A stretch of DNA of 64,000 nt, taken from contig OZ242296.1 in the NCBI GenBank assembly GCA_965207735.1, positions 480,001 to 544,000 on the forward strand. Reading direction: 5' to 3'. The notes under the pieces were generated by a model. The model saw nothing but the letters and a program-made list of their open reading frames with translations, had not been told where the DNA came from and ran no database searches. Below are positions 1 through 11,627 of this stretch, piece by piece. The stretch comes from Candidatus Versatilivorator sp. (GTDB lineage: Bacteria > Acidobacteriota > Terriglobia > Versatilivoradales > Versatilivoraceae). Positions within the stretch are counted from its first letter, which is position 1, and each line of letters begins with the position of its first letter. Made by a program: the position numbers and the translations under genes.

Positions 1-1413
<1,413 letters not shown>

Positions 1414-1590
1414 TCAATAGTTTGTTAATATGAGTGCGGGCTGGAGACGCTGGATGATTGTCTGCCGTATCGGTGAATCATACCACAAGATTGACAAAGC
1501 CTTGACCCGAAACTAAGATGGGCCGCCGCTGCCGATAGGCGGCCGGTTGCCGGAAAATAGATGCCGTCGAGCCATGTATCGGAGGGAAGA

Positions 1591-3048
1591 ATGTCGGAGA
1601 CTTTTGGGAACTTCATTGCCGGGGAGTGGGTGGACAGTTCGTCGGGGAAGACGTTCGAGAGCGTCAATCCGGCCAACACCCGGGAAGTGGTGGCATGCTA
1701 CCAGGCGTCCACGAAGGCTGACGTGAGGCAGGCTCTGGAGGCCGCCGGCCGGACCCAGCAGGCCTGGGCCGAAATGCCGGCTCCCCTGCGCGGCACCATC
1801 CTGATGCGGTCCGCCGAGTTGCTGGAAAAGCAGGCTGAGCAGGTGGCGACCGAGATGACCCGCGAGGAGGGGAAAACGCTTCCGGAAGCCCGAGGGGAAG
1901 TGGGCCGCGCCGTCAACATCCTGCGCTATTTCGGGGCCGAGGGCGCAAGGATGAGCGGCGAAACGGTACCCTCGGAACGGGATGGAGTGTTTGGCTACAC
2001 CTTCCGCAAGCCACTGGGCGTGGTGTCCCTGCTGACTCCCTGGAATTTCCCCATTGCCATTCCGGTTTGGAAGATAGCGCCGGCCCTGGTCGCCGGAAAC
2101 AGCCTGGTCATCAAACCGGCCTCCCTGGCGCCGCTGTGCACGGTGCGAGTGGCCGAGGTCCTGCACGAGGCCGGTCTGCCCAAGGGCGTGCTGAATTTGG
2201 TTACCGGGTCCGGGGCAAACATCGGGGATGAGCTGATTGCCAATCCACTGGTCAGGGCCGTCTCCTTTACCGGCTCCTGTGAGGTCGGCAACGGGATCCA
2301 GCGGCAGACGGCTCCGCGGGGCATCAAGACTCAGTTGGAGATGGGCGGGAAGAACCCCACCATCGTGCTCCGGGACGCGGACCTCGAGCAGGCTGCCGAC
2401 GTGGTGGTCAATGGTGCATTCTTTTCAACCGGACAGAAATGCACCGCCACCAGTCGAGCCCTGGTGGAGAAGCCGGTCTTCGATGAGTTCCTACGACTGC
2501 TGGTGGAAAAAACGGAGAAGCTGAAAGTCGGCGACGGTCTCCAGGAAGGGGTCCAGATGGGGCCCTGCGTCGACGAGAATCAGATGAACACCGTCCTCGA
2601 CTACATCGGGATCGGCCGGCAGGAAGGGGCCCGCCTGCTGTGCGGGGGCGGGCGGATAACCGGTCCGGAATGGGACCAGGGCTACTTCGTCCAACCCACC
2701 ATCTTTTCCGAGGTGTCGCCGGAAATGAGAATTGCCCAGGAAGAGATTTTCGGACCGGTGCTGGCTCTCTTTCCGGTCGAGGACCTCGACCAGGCCATCG
2801 AGCTGGCCAACCAGGTCAAGTTCGGGCTGTCGGCATCGATTCTGACCAACCGGATCGATCAGGCCTTCAAATACATCAACCGCATCGAAGCAGGCCTGAT
2901 CATCGTCAACCTGCCCTCGGCCGGAGTGGAATATCAACTGCCGTTTGGAGGCACCAAGGCCTCCAGCACCGGCTATCGGGAGCAGGGCAGCGTGGCCATC
3001 GACTTCTATTCGGAGCTCCGCACGGTCTACCTGAAACACCGGATCTGA
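1591..3048 (+). CDS. NAD(P)-dependent aldehyde dehydrogenase (KGSA-dehydrogenase-like)
   Basis: TPWNFP, FTGS, LEMGGKNP (catalytic Glu), GQKCTA (catalytic Cys), EEIFGP motifs; GGAGGG SD before ATG 1591. Confidence 0.93.
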   Translation: MSETFGNFIAGEWVDSSSGKTFESVNPANTREVVACYQASTKADVRQALEAAGRTQQAWAEMPAPLRGTILMRSAELLEKQAEQVATEMTREEGKTLPEARGEVGRAVNILRYFGAEGARMSGETVPSERDGVFGYTFRKPLGVVSLLTPWNFPIAIPVWKIAPALVAGNSLVIKPASLAPLCTVRVAEVLHEAGLPKGVLNLVTGSGANIGDELIANPLVRAVSFTGSCEVGNGIQRQTAPRGIKTQLEMGGKNPTIVLRDADLEQAADVVVNGAFFSTGQKCTATSRALVEKPVFDEFLRLLVEKTEKLKVGDGLQEGVQMGPCVDENQMNTVLDYIGIGRQEGARLLCGGGRITGPEWDQGYFVQPTIFSEVSPEMRIAQEEIFGPVLALFPVEDLDQAIELANQVKFGLSASILTNRIDQAFKYINRIEAGLIIVNLPSAGVEYQLPFGGTKASSTGYREQGSVAIDFYSELRTVYLKHRI

Positions 3049-3059
3049 GGTCGCTCCAC

Positions 3060-3674
3060 CTATTCGATTTCCCGGATGTAGAGGTCCTTGAAGCGCATTC
3101 TGCCTTCGCCGCCGCTGTGGAGCTGCAGTGCGATGACACCGTCGAAATAGCGAGGCTCAGGATCGCGGTAGTCCACGGCCCGCACGCCGTTGAGGAAGGT
3201 CACCACCCGGTTGCCGAACACCGAAAAGGAAATGTCGTTCCACTCTTCCGGTTTCAGGGCCGCTTCACCGGTTGGACCGGGCTTGACCAGCCACCCTCGG
3301 CCACCGCTCTCGTAGAGCCCTCCGGTGTGCATGCCCGGATTGGGGTCTACCTCCACCTGAACTCCCTTGATGTCGACTCCCTGCAGGGTCGAATGGTAGA
3401 AGATGCCGCTGTTGCCGGTCCCTTCCCCCTTGAATTTGGCCTTGAGCTCAAAATTCTTGTAGGTCCTGGTGGTGGCCAGATAGCCGTATTCCCGGGTCAG
3501 GGCTTCTCCCAGGATCTCGCCGTCTTCTACGGTCCATTTCTCCCGGCCGTGCTCCTGCCAGCCGCTCAGATCCCGGCCGTTGAAAAGGGCAACCCAGGCG
3601 GGAGTGTCCTCCGGCTGCACGCTTTGAGGCCATAGGAAACACACCAGCAAAAAGGGAATTCCGAATCGTTTCAT
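3060..3674 (-). CDS. Secreted DUF1080 (3-keto-disaccharide hydrolase) family protein
   Basis: Signal peptide MKRFGIPFLLVCFLW; LFNGRDLSGW, GNSGIFY, EWN, GVIALQLH, RFKDLYIRE motifs. Confidence 0.88.
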   Translation of the reverse strand: MKRFGIPFLLVCFLWPQSVQPEDTPAWVALFNGRDLSGWQEHGREKWTVEDGEILGEALTREYGYLATTRTYKNFELKAKFKGEGTGNSGIFYHSTLQGVDIKGVQVEVDPNPGMHTGGLYESGGRGWLVKPGPTGEAALKPEEWNDISFSVFGNRVVTFLNGVRAVDYRDPEPRYFDGVIALQLHSGGEGRMRFKDLYIREIE

Positions 3675-3952
3675 GGTGACACCTCCGCGACGACGGTTGC
3701 CGGCGTCCAAGCTGCCCCACCGGCATGCCCCAATCCCGGAAAGACTCCGAGACACCCGGGGCTATATTTTGGCTGGCCTTCATTGAGCCAGGATGGCTGC
3801 GTCATGATAGCAGACACAAAGCCCGGGAAATTCCGAGAACGGGTGGATTGGGTTCGGGTCGAGTTTAGCAGGCGGCTCGTTGACAGCCACTTTCCCGATA
3901 AGCTAATTTCTGAATTCCGTCGAGGGGGAGAATCAAATCCCCTGGAGTTTTC

Positions 3953-4747
3953 ATGCGAATCCTTACCTGCCTGAAACAGGTTCCCGAAAGGGACTCCCGC
4001 TACAAGCTGAACCAGGATGGCTCCCGGGTCCTGGAGGAGGACCTGGTCTTCGAAACCAACGAGAGCGACCTCTACGCCCTGGAGGAAGCCCTCCGTTTGA
4101 AAGAGGGAACCGGAGGCGAGGTGGCGGTGCTTTCCATTGGGTCCGACCGCATCTCCAAGGTCCTGCGCAACGCCCTGGCCATGGGAGCCGACCGAGCCAT
4201 CCACTTGAAGGACGAGGCCTTCGAGCGTGGGGACGCCTGGGGTACAGCGCGGGCCATTGCCGCTGCCATCGGCTCCGAGGACTTTGACCTGGTGCTTACC
4301 GGCGTACAGTCGGAGGACATGGCTTTTGCGCAGACGGGCGCCGTTCTGGCCCAGATGCTGGGATGGCCCTGCGCCACCATCGTGCTGGAGGTCGCCTTGG
4401 AGGCCGACATCGGCAGGATTCAGGTAAAGCGAGAGCTGGAGAGCAACGTCTGCGAGCGCGTCGAGCTTCCACTGCCCGCGGTCCTGACGATTCAGTCGGG
4501 ATCGCACCCCATCCGCTACGCCACCTTAAGGGGAATCATGCAGGCCAAGAAGAAAGAGTACCGGGTGCTGACGGCGCAGGACCTGGGACTCTCCCCTGAA
4601 GTCGTGGGCGAGATGGCCGCCAAGGTCAGGCACCACCGCTTGCTGGCGCCCGAGCGGAAAAAAGAGACGGTGATGATTGAGGGAGGGGCCGAAGAGGCTG
4701 CCGGAACGCTGATGGACAAGCTTGTCAACGAGGTCGGAGTGATTTGA
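3953..4747 (+). CDS. etfB: Electron transfer flavoprotein beta subunit
   Basis: CLKQVP, YALEEALRLKE, ALAMGADRAIHL, RYATLRGIMQAKKK. Confidence 0.95.
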   Translation: MRILTCLKQVPERDSRYKLNQDGSRVLEEDLVFETNESDLYALEEALRLKEGTGGEVAVLSIGSDRISKVLRNALAMGADRAIHLKDEAFERGDAWGTARAIAAAIGSEDFDLVLTGVQSEDMAFAQTGAVLAQMLGWPCATIVLEVALEADIGRIQVKRELESNVCERVELPLPAVLTIQSGSHPIRYATLRGIMQAKKKEYRVLTAQDLGLSPEVVGEMAAKVRHHRLLAPERKKETVMIEGGAEEAAGTLMDKLVNEVGVI

Positions 4748-4835
4748 CCCAGATCCATTAAGAGGCCGAGGGCGGCAGGCGGCCCGGCGGCCTGAACGGA
4801 ACAGGCGGCATCCGCCGGGCAGGGAAGATGGATTC

Positions 4836-5822
4836 ATGACAACCAGGATCGTCGTCCTGGGCGAACACCGGGACGGCCAATTGAAGAAGATCTCCTGGGA
4901 GGCGATCGGCTTGGGCCGCAAGCTCTCGGCAGAGCTCGGGAGGGAGGTGTGCCTGGCGCTGGTGGGGAGCGAAATCGAGGGCCTGGCTCGCGAGGTTTCC
5001 GGCCGGAGCGGCCTGGAAGTGGTGGTCCTGGCCAACGACCACTGCCGGCATTACACGCCCGAGGCCTGGTGTGAGGTCCTGGCCGAGTTCGCCGGGACGG
5101 AGCATCCCTATCTGTTGCTGCTGGGCCACACCTATCAGACCATGGATTTTGCTCCCAAGCTGGCGACCATGCTGGACCGGGGCATGATCCCCAACTGTGT
5201 CGATTACCGCTGCGCAGCCGGCCAACTCCTGTGGGTGCGGCAGGTGTTCAACGGCAAGCTCAACCTGGAGGTGAGCCCCAAGGGGGAGCCCCCCTATCTG
5301 GTCTCGCTTCAACAGGGAGCCTTCCCCGCTTCGGAGGAGGACCTGGAAGCCCCGCCCCGAGTCGACCACCGCCAGGTCGGCCTGGCCGAGGGTGTGCTCC
5401 GGAGAAAGCTGCTGGAAGTCATGGAGGCGGTTCAGACCAGGGTGGATTTGAGCCAGGCGGAGATCATCGTCGCCGGAGGCCGGGGGTTGGGAAGCAAGGA
5501 AAAGTTCCAGCTCATCATCGACCTGGCTTCGGCCCTGGGGGCGGGAGTGGGAGCCTCCCGGCCGGTGACCGACGGCGGCTGGTTGCCCAAGGAGCATCAA
5601 ATCGGTAGCTCGGGCCAGACCGTGACGCCCAGGCTCTACATTGCCTGCGGGATTTCAGGGGCCATTCAGCACTTGGTGGGCATGTCCAACTCGGGTTGCA
5701 TCGTCGCCATCAACAAGGACCCCTACGCTCCCATCTTCCAGGTGGCCGACTACGGGATCGTCGGAGACGTCTTTCAGGTCGTTCCCAAGTTGATCGAGAT
5801 CGCCAGGGAGATGCGGCCATAG
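4836..5822 (+). CDS. etfA: Electron transfer flavoprotein alpha subunit
   Basis: AEIIVAGGRG, GASRPVTD, QIGSSGQTV, LYIACGISGAIQHLVGM, AINKDPYAPIF. Confidence 0.95.
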   Translation: MTTRIVVLGEHRDGQLKKISWEAIGLGRKLSAELGREVCLALVGSEIEGLAREVSGRSGLEVVVLANDHCRHYTPEAWCEVLAEFAGTEHPYLLLLGHTYQTMDFAPKLATMLDRGMIPNCVDYRCAAGQLLWVRQVFNGKLNLEVSPKGEPPYLVSLQQGAFPASEEDLEAPPRVDHRQVGLAEGVLRRKLLEVMEAVQTRVDLSQAEIIVAGGRGLGSKEKFQLIIDLASALGAGVGASRPVTDGGWLPKEHQIGSSGQTVTPRLYIACGISGAIQHLVGMSNSGCIVAINKDPYAPIFQVADYGIVGDVFQVVPKLIEIAREMRP

Positions 5823-5852
5823 CCAAGGACCGACCTCCGTCCCAGGTTTATC

Positions 5853-6641
5853 ATGAAGTCCGACCCAACCCCCGAATCCCAGCCCCCGGAACCCCGCAAA
5901 GGGCTGGCCTACTGGGACCGCCCCCGCCAACTATCGCGATGGCAGCGCACCTGGATCGCCGCGGTGACTTGGGTCGGAGCCCGGATGGTCGGCTTGATCG
6001 GCAGGACCCTCCGATGGGAGAGCCAGGGAGATGAACACCTGGAGCAGATCTATCGCTCCGGGAAGAAAGCCATTTTTACCTTCTGGCACTGTGGCATTTT
6101 CCCGGCCACCTGGTACTGGCGGGACCGTGGCATCGTGGTGATGACCAGCCAGAACGTGGACGGGGAGTACATTGCTCGCATCATCCGCATCTTCGGCTAC
6201 GGGGCGGCCCGGGGGTCCAGCTCCCGGGGAGGCTTGAAGGCTCTGGCCGAGATGTCGGGGAAATTGAAGCAGGGCAACGACGTGGCCTTCACGGTGGACG
6301 GCCCCCGGGGCCCCCGCTTCGATGCCAAGATCGGGCCGGTACTGCTGGCCCGGAAGAGCGCCGCCGCCATTTTCTGCTTCCATATCGCGCTTCAGCGCAA
6401 AATCGAGTTCGATAACTGGGACGGATCCCAGATACCGCTGCCCTTTTCGCGGGCCTTGATCCTCAAAGCCGCTCCCATCTACGTTTCGCCCCGAGCCGAT
6501 GGGGAAGAGATTCGCCGCAAGCACCGGGAAATGCAGGAAGTGTTGGACCGATTGCGGCGACAGGGCGAAGAACGCTGGAAAAAAACGACCCGTGAAAAAG
6601 AGGGAACCACGAAGGGAAACGGCGAACCACGAATGGACTGA
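5853..6641 (+). CDS. DUF374 / lysophospholipid acyltransferase family protein
   Basis: FWH, S..DGEYIA, RGSSSRGG, TVDGPRGP, WD...IPLPFSR motifs. Confidence 0.85.
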   Translation: MKSDPTPESQPPEPRKGLAYWDRPRQLSRWQRTWIAAVTWVGARMVGLIGRTLRWESQGDEHLEQIYRSGKKAIFTFWHCGIFPATWYWRDRGIVVMTSQNVDGEYIARIIRIFGYGAARGSSSRGGLKALAEMSGKLKQGNDVAFTVDGPRGPRFDAKIGPVLLARKSAAAIFCFHIALQRKIEFDNWDGSQIPLPFSRALILKAAPIYVSPRADGEEIRRKHREMQEVLDRLRRQGEERWKKTTREKEGTTKGNGEPRMD

Positions 6642-6884
6642 TTAATGAATTGTTTACGGCCGATTGTCGTCCGGAAGGTCGTGGCTAATGAAATAGCCTT
6701 TAGTCAAATCTGCAATCCGATATTCACCACACTTGACTCATCTTTCAAATTTGTTTCGATCCAAGAGATCTGGTAACGACGCGCCTCAAGCCGACAAGCA
6801 TTGAAGTAAGAATAGAGCCACGAGTTCACCCCGACGGACTCGAATAAAGAAATTCGTGTTCATTCGTGTCCATTGGTGGTTCGC
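6622..6884. repeat. AT-rich cassette bounded by a 17-bp inverted repeat and 10-mer tandem repeats
   Basis: GCGAACCACGAATGGAC (6622-6638) matches the reverse complement of GTCCATTGGTGGTTCGC (6868-6884) at 16/17; 10-mers ATTCGTGTTC/ATTCGTGTCC/ATTGGTGGTT at 6852-6881. Confidence 0.7.
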
Positions 6885-6946
6885 TGTTCTGCTTTGCGGA
6901 TAACTCTTTTGCTCTCCGTGGCCTGTCGGTGTGAGGCAAAGCCTTG

Positions 6947-8125
6947 TTACCCGTTCCCGAGGAACCTTGCCAGCCTGTCGGCGCCCTTCTGCAGTTGCTC
7001 CATGGAAGTGGCGTAGGAAATGCGAATGTGATCCCGGGTGCCGAACCCTTCCCCAGGCACTACGGCAACCCGGGCCTCATTCAGGAGTTGCAGCGCCAGG
7101 TCGGAGGGGTTCTTCAGACGGCGGGAGTCGAGAAGGCCGCGCAGGTTGGGATAGACATAAAAGGCGCCGTCGGGCCGGTTGCAGGAGATTCCGGCAATGG
7201 CGTTGAGCTTCTCGACGATAAAGCTCCGGCGGTGTGCATACTCTCTCAGCATGTCCGGAATGGAGTCCTGGGGACCGCTTAGGGCCGCCACGGCAGCTTT
7301 CTGGGCGATGGAGTTGGCATTGGAGGTGCAGTGGCTCTGGATCTTGAGCATGGCCTGGATGAGGGGCGCGGGTCCCAGACAGAATCCCACCCTCCAGCCC
7401 GTCATGGCGTAGGTCTTGGATACCGATCCCACCACGGCGACGTGGTCCCGGTAGTCTTTCCCGAGCGACGCCAGCGAAAAGGGTGTCGAACCCTCATAGT
7501 TGAAGTGGCAGTAACACTCATCGGTCAGCACCAACAGGTCCCGCCGGCGTGCCAGTACCGCGATGTCCCGCATGTCTCCCTCCCGAATGGTTGCCCCGCT
7601 GGGGTTGTTGGGTGAATTCAACAGGATCAGACGGGTTCGGGGAGAGACCGCGGCCTCGATCTGAGCCGCGGTGACCCGGAAGTTGTCGGATTCCGAGGTC
7701 GGGACAAACCGGCAGACGGCTCCGGCGTAGTGCACCGCCTCCTTGAAGGTGACCCAGTAGGGGACAGGGATCACTACTTCGTCGCCAGGCTGAAGCAGAG
7801 CGCTGGTCAGGTTGAAGATGGCGTGCTTCCCTCCGACGGTGACCAGGACTTCGCGGGTGGAATAGTCGGACTGAAAGTCGCGGGCGTGCCGCCGCACGAT
7901 GGCTTCTTTCAGTTCGGGAATTCCGTCGGTGGGCGTGTAGCGGGTGAAGTCGTTTTGAATGGCCTCGAAGGCGGCTCGCTTCACGTGGGACGGGGTGGGA
8001 AAATCCGGTTCGCCGGCGCTGAGGTCCACCACATCCACGCCTTGAGCCTTGAGCTGAGCGGCGGCCGCGAAAACGGCCCCCGTCGAGCTGATCGAGATGT
8101 GTCCGACGCGCTGTGAGAGTCTCAT
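6947..8125 (-). CDS. PLP-dependent aminotransferase class I (aspartate aminotransferase-like)
   Basis: GEPDF, NSPNNPSG, DECY, SVSKTYAMTGWRVG (PLP Lys); ATG 8125 overlaps the coaD stop (ATGA). Confidence 0.92.
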   Translation of the reverse strand: MRLSQRVGHISISSTGAVFAAAAQLKAQGVDVVDLSAGEPDFPTPSHVKRAAFEAIQNDFTRYTPTDGIPELKEAIVRRHARDFQSDYSTREVLVTVGGKHAIFNLTSALLQPGDEVVIPVPYWVTFKEAVHYAGAVCRFVPTSESDNFRVTAAQIEAAVSPRTRLILLNSPNNPSGATIREGDMRDIAVLARRRDLLVLTDECYCHFNYEGSTPFSLASLGKDYRDHVAVVGSVSKTYAMTGWRVGFCLGPAPLIQAMLKIQSHCTSNANSIAQKAAVAALSGPQDSIPDMLREYAHRRSFIVEKLNAIAGISCNRPDGAFYVYPNLRGLLDSRRLKNPSDLALQLLNEARVAVVPGEGFGTRDHIRISYATSMEQLQKGADRLARFLGNG

Positions 8126-8652
8126 GATTCGGGATTGGCGGGGGCCGAGGTCTGGCCCTCCCGAGCCACTGAGGCGATCTTTTTCAGAAGCCGGTCCTCC
8201 ACGTTGGGGGGAACCAGTCCGGAGACCGTCCCGCCGAATTGGCAGACTTCCCGCACCAGTCGAGAGCTCAGGTAGCTGTAGGCCTCGGACGGCATCATGA
8301 AGACCGTTTCGATCTGAGGCTCCAGGCGCCGATTCATGAGGGCCATCTGCAGTTCGTACTCGTAGTCGGATACCGCCCGGATGCCGCGGACAATGACCCG
8401 GGCCTGCCACTGCAGGGCGTAGTCGACCAGCAGGCCTTCAAAGGTGTCCACGCGCACATTGGGGTAGTCGCTTCCCAGGGAGGTCCGGATCATGGTCGAC
8501 CGCTCATCGGCCGAGAACAGCGGAGACTTTTCGCTGTTGATCAGGATGGCCACAATGACTTCGTCGAACAGGCGAGAGGCCCGGTGGATGATGTCGAGGT
8601 GCCCATTGGTGAGAGGATCGAAGGACCCGGGATAAAGGGCGATCTTTTTCAT
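8122..8652 (-). CDS. coaD: Pantetheine-phosphate adenylyltransferase
   Basis: YPGSFDPLTNGHLDII, RGIRAVSDYEYE, SSRLVRE. Confidence 0.97.
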   Translation of the reverse strand: MKKIALYPGSFDPLTNGHLDIIHRASRLFDEVIVAILINSEKSPLFSADERSTMIRTSLGSDYPNVRVDTFEGLLVDYALQWQARVIVRGIRAVSDYEYELQMALMNRRLEPQIETVFMMPSEAYSYLSSRLVREVCQFGGTVSGLVPPNVEDRLLKKIASVAREGQTSAPANPES

Positions 8653-8768
8653 GGCCGGCCTCCAACTCGATGATCTCTTTGGCGTCTTTTCATGGAAACG
8701 GACAGTAACCTCGGGTCAGGAGGTCGCCGGGAGCCATGGCTGATTCAATTCGATGTCGCCAGCTCGAT

Positions 8769-9332
8769 TCAAGTCCCACGATAGAGGCTGAGCTGGCTGT
8801 CCCCGTGCAGGACCTGGCGCACTCGGCTCATATCATGGTATCGGGGCTCCAAGGTCAACCACTTGGAATGTTCGAGGATAACACAGGCTCGAGGGGCGAG
8901 AAGTTGGCAGCGATGAATCTGTTTCAGGGCCTGGGGGTAGTGTTGCACGGCGTCGTAAGGCGGATCGATGAAAACTATATCAAACTTGAGCCCCCGGAGC
9001 TGCAGCATTCGCAGTGAGACCTGGGCCGGGTGGGTCAGCAGCGCGACCCGGTCGGGAGGGGCAGGGGACAGGGACTTCAGGTTGCGCTGAATCACCTGCA
9101 CCGCCCGTGGCGCGCACTCGATCAAGGTGACTCTCCGGGCTCCTCGGCTCAGCGCCTCGATGCCGACGCTGCCGCTACCGGAAAAGCAGTCCAGGAAGAA
9201 GGACTCCTCCACTTCCTCCCGGATCAGGTTGAACAGGGTCTCCTTCAGCCGGTCGGAAGTCGGGCGGGTCTCCAGTCCCTTCAGGGTGGTCAGGCGCTGG
9301 TGCTTGAACTGTCCGGCGATGACGCGAACCAT
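8769..9332 (-). CDS. rsmD: 16S rRNA m2G966 methyltransferase
   Basis: MVRVIAG, RPTSDRLKETLFN, LDCFSGSGSVGIEALSRGA, FIDPPY; upstream of coaD as usual. Confidence 0.93.
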   Translation of the reverse strand: MVRVIAGQFKHQRLTTLKGLETRPTSDRLKETLFNLIREEVEESFFLDCFSGSGSVGIEALSRGARRVTLIECAPRAVQVIQRNLKSLSPAPPDRVALLTHPAQVSLRMLQLRGLKFDIVFIDPPYDAVQHYPQALKQIHRCQLLAPRACVILEHSKWLTLEPRYHDMSRVRQVLHGDSQLSLYRGT

Positions 9333-9409
9333 GCGAGCAACCCTCCTCCACGAAAGAAAGCCGTCTCTCCGCCAGTCCGGGGAGGTGCATTTCCGACCGG
9401 GGTCGGAAT

Positions 9410-11521
9410 CTACCCCACTCCCACCAGGCCGTAGTGAGCTTGCCATCCTGAGCTCAGGCCGGCGACCCATTGGCGTATTGACGACTGCGATTCGAAGTTG
9501 TCCACCAGGGTTGCGGCCTCTTTGCGGGCGGTCTCCAGAGTGCGGCGGTCGCGCAGCAGTTGAGCCACGCGCAAGGTCGGTAGACCCGACTGTCGGGCGC
9601 CGAAAAATTCCCCCGGGCCCCGTATCTCCAGATCCTTCTCTGCAATGACAAACCCGTCGGTGGTTTCCCGCAGACAATTCAGTCGTTGGGCGCCTTCCGG
9701 GGTGATCGTCCCGGCACCCTGCATCAGCAAGCAGTAAGACGGCTCGCGCCCCCGCCCGACCCGGCCTCGGAGCTGGTGCAACTGCGCCAGACCGAAGCGC
9801 TCGGCGTGCTCGATGAGCATCACGGTCGCATTGGCCACGTCCATCCCGACCTCGATCACGGTTGTCGAAACCAGGATGTCGGTCTGGCCGGCGGCGAAGC
9901 GTTGCATGACGGCGTCCTTTTCCATGCTCTTGAGCCGGCCGTGGAGCAGCTCGACCCGAGAGTCGGGGAAGACCTGCCCTTGCAGGTGCTCAAAGATTCT
10001 CCGCGCCGGCCGCAGGTCCAGCTTGGGAGAGTCTTCGATCAGAGGGCAGAGCACGTAGACCTGTCTGCCCTGCTTGACCTGGCCGGCAATGAACCGATAG
10101 GCCTGAGACCGCTTCAGGTCGTCCAGCAGGTAGGTCTTGACGGGGCTCCGGTTGGGAGGCATCTCGTCAATGACGGAGACGTCCAGATCGCCGTAGAGCG
10201 TCAGGGAGAGCGTCCGGGGAATCGGCGTGGCCGTCATCACCAGGGTATGGGGATGCGCGCCTTTATTCATGAGGTTGAAGCGTTGCCGGACCCCGAATCG
10301 GTGCTGTTCGTCAATGATGACCAGTCCCAGCTTGCGGAAGGCGACGTCCGGTTCCAGCAGGGCATGGGTGCCAATCAGGATCTGGAGTCTCCCCTGGGAC
10401 AATTCCTCCAGCAGGACCCTCCGTTCCGCCTTCTTCAGCCCGCTGGTCAGCAGCCCCACGCGGTACCCGCTCCTGGCGAACAGCCGACCGGCGTAGTGGT
10501 GGTGTTGCTCCGCCAGAATCTCGGTGGGCGCCATGAAGGCCACCTGGGCGCCATTCTCCACGGCCAGGGCGCTGGCCTGCAGGGCGACAACGGTCTTGCC
10601 GCATCCGACGTCTCCCTGCAGGAGGCGATTCATGGGAGTGGCCTGGCGCATGTCCTCGGCCATCTCGTCGAGAACCCTTTCCTGTGCCCGGGTCGGTCGG
10701 AAGGGTAGAAAATTGCTGGCGGTCCGGCGGAGGCTGGGATCGATGTGGAAAGGCATCCCTCGGGCGTTGCGGGCCAGACGACGTTTCCACCGGACTCCCA
10801 CTTCCAGCAGAAACAACTCCTCGAAGATCAACCTTCTCAGAGCCGGAGTGCGCTTGGCGGCCAGATCCTCCCCGGGTGTTTCCGCGGAGGGAAAGTGGGA
10901 TTCCTGCAAGGCCGCCCTGCGGTCCATGAGGTCGTGGCGCTCCAGAATCGCCAACGGCAAAGTTTCCGGGATGTGGGAGAGTTCCGACAGAACGGTATGG
11001 ATCAACCGGCGCAGAGTACGGGTTCCCAAGCCCCTGGCGGCCTCGTAGACCGGAACGATTCGCCCCATGTCGATCGAGCCCTGAATGGGGACCGCTTCGT
11101 CCAGGATTTCAAACTCGGGATTGATCACTTGCAGGCTGCCGGTGCCGAAGGGGTCGGTCTCGAATTTGCCGTGAAAGATGACCTGCTGTCCCCGCCTGAA
11201 GATATTGCGCTGATGCAGATATTCCGAGTGAAACCATTTGCAGCGGATCAGGCCGGTCTTGTCGCGGGCGGACAAGTCGAAGATCTTGAGCCGACTCTTG
11301 CGGGTGATAGTCAAGCGGGTAGTCGATACCTCGACCAATATCGAAGTCTTTGCTCCCGGCTGAAGGTCGCTTACCCTGCAAAATCGGGTGCGGTCCTCGT
11401 ATCTGTAGGGAAGGGTGTAAAGCAGATCTTCAACGGTGTGGATGTTCTTGGCGGCAAGGTCGTGGGCTCTCCTGGGTCCCACCCCCTTGACGAATTGCAC
11501 CGGAGTCTGAAGTTCCAGCAT
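9410..11521 (-). CDS. recG: ATP-dependent DNA helicase RecG
   Basis: RLLQGDVGCGKT, IIDEQHRFG, MTATPIPRTL, QLHQLRGRVGRG, DLEIRGPGE. Confidence 0.97.
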   Translation of the reverse strand: MLELQTPVQFVKGVGPRRAHDLAAKNIHTVEDLLYTLPYRYEDRTRFCRVSDLQPGAKTSILVEVSTTRLTITRKSRLKIFDLSARDKTGLIRCKWFHSEYLHQRNIFRRGQQVIFHGKFETDPFGTGSLQVINPEFEILDEAVPIQGSIDMGRIVPVYEAARGLGTRTLRRLIHTVLSELSHIPETLPLAILERHDLMDRRAALQESHFPSAETPGEDLAAKRTPALRRLIFEELFLLEVGVRWKRRLARNARGMPFHIDPSLRRTASNFLPFRPTRAQERVLDEMAEDMRQATPMNRLLQGDVGCGKTVVALQASALAVENGAQVAFMAPTEILAEQHHHYAGRLFARSGYRVGLLTSGLKKAERRVLLEELSQGRLQILIGTHALLEPDVAFRKLGLVIIDEQHRFGVRQRFNLMNKGAHPHTLVMTATPIPRTLSLTLYGDLDVSVIDEMPPNRSPVKTYLLDDLKRSQAYRFIAGQVKQGRQVYVLCPLIEDSPKLDLRPARRIFEHLQGQVFPDSRVELLHGRLKSMEKDAVMQRFAAGQTDILVSTTVIEVGMDVANATVMLIEHAERFGLAQLHQLRGRVGRGREPSYCLLMQGAGTITPEGAQRLNCLRETTDGFVIAEKDLEIRGPGEFFGARQSGLPTLRVAQLLRDRRTLETARKEAATLVDNFESQSSIRQWVAGLSSGWQAHYGLVGVG

Positions 11522-11627
11522 GTGGCAGTCGGCCGGTGAGAATTACCCGCCACCGGGAAGAACCGTCCGGACAGCAAGCGGAATTGCTGCCAATCCTGGG
11601 TTCCTGGAGAGCCACGCTCTTCCAGGG

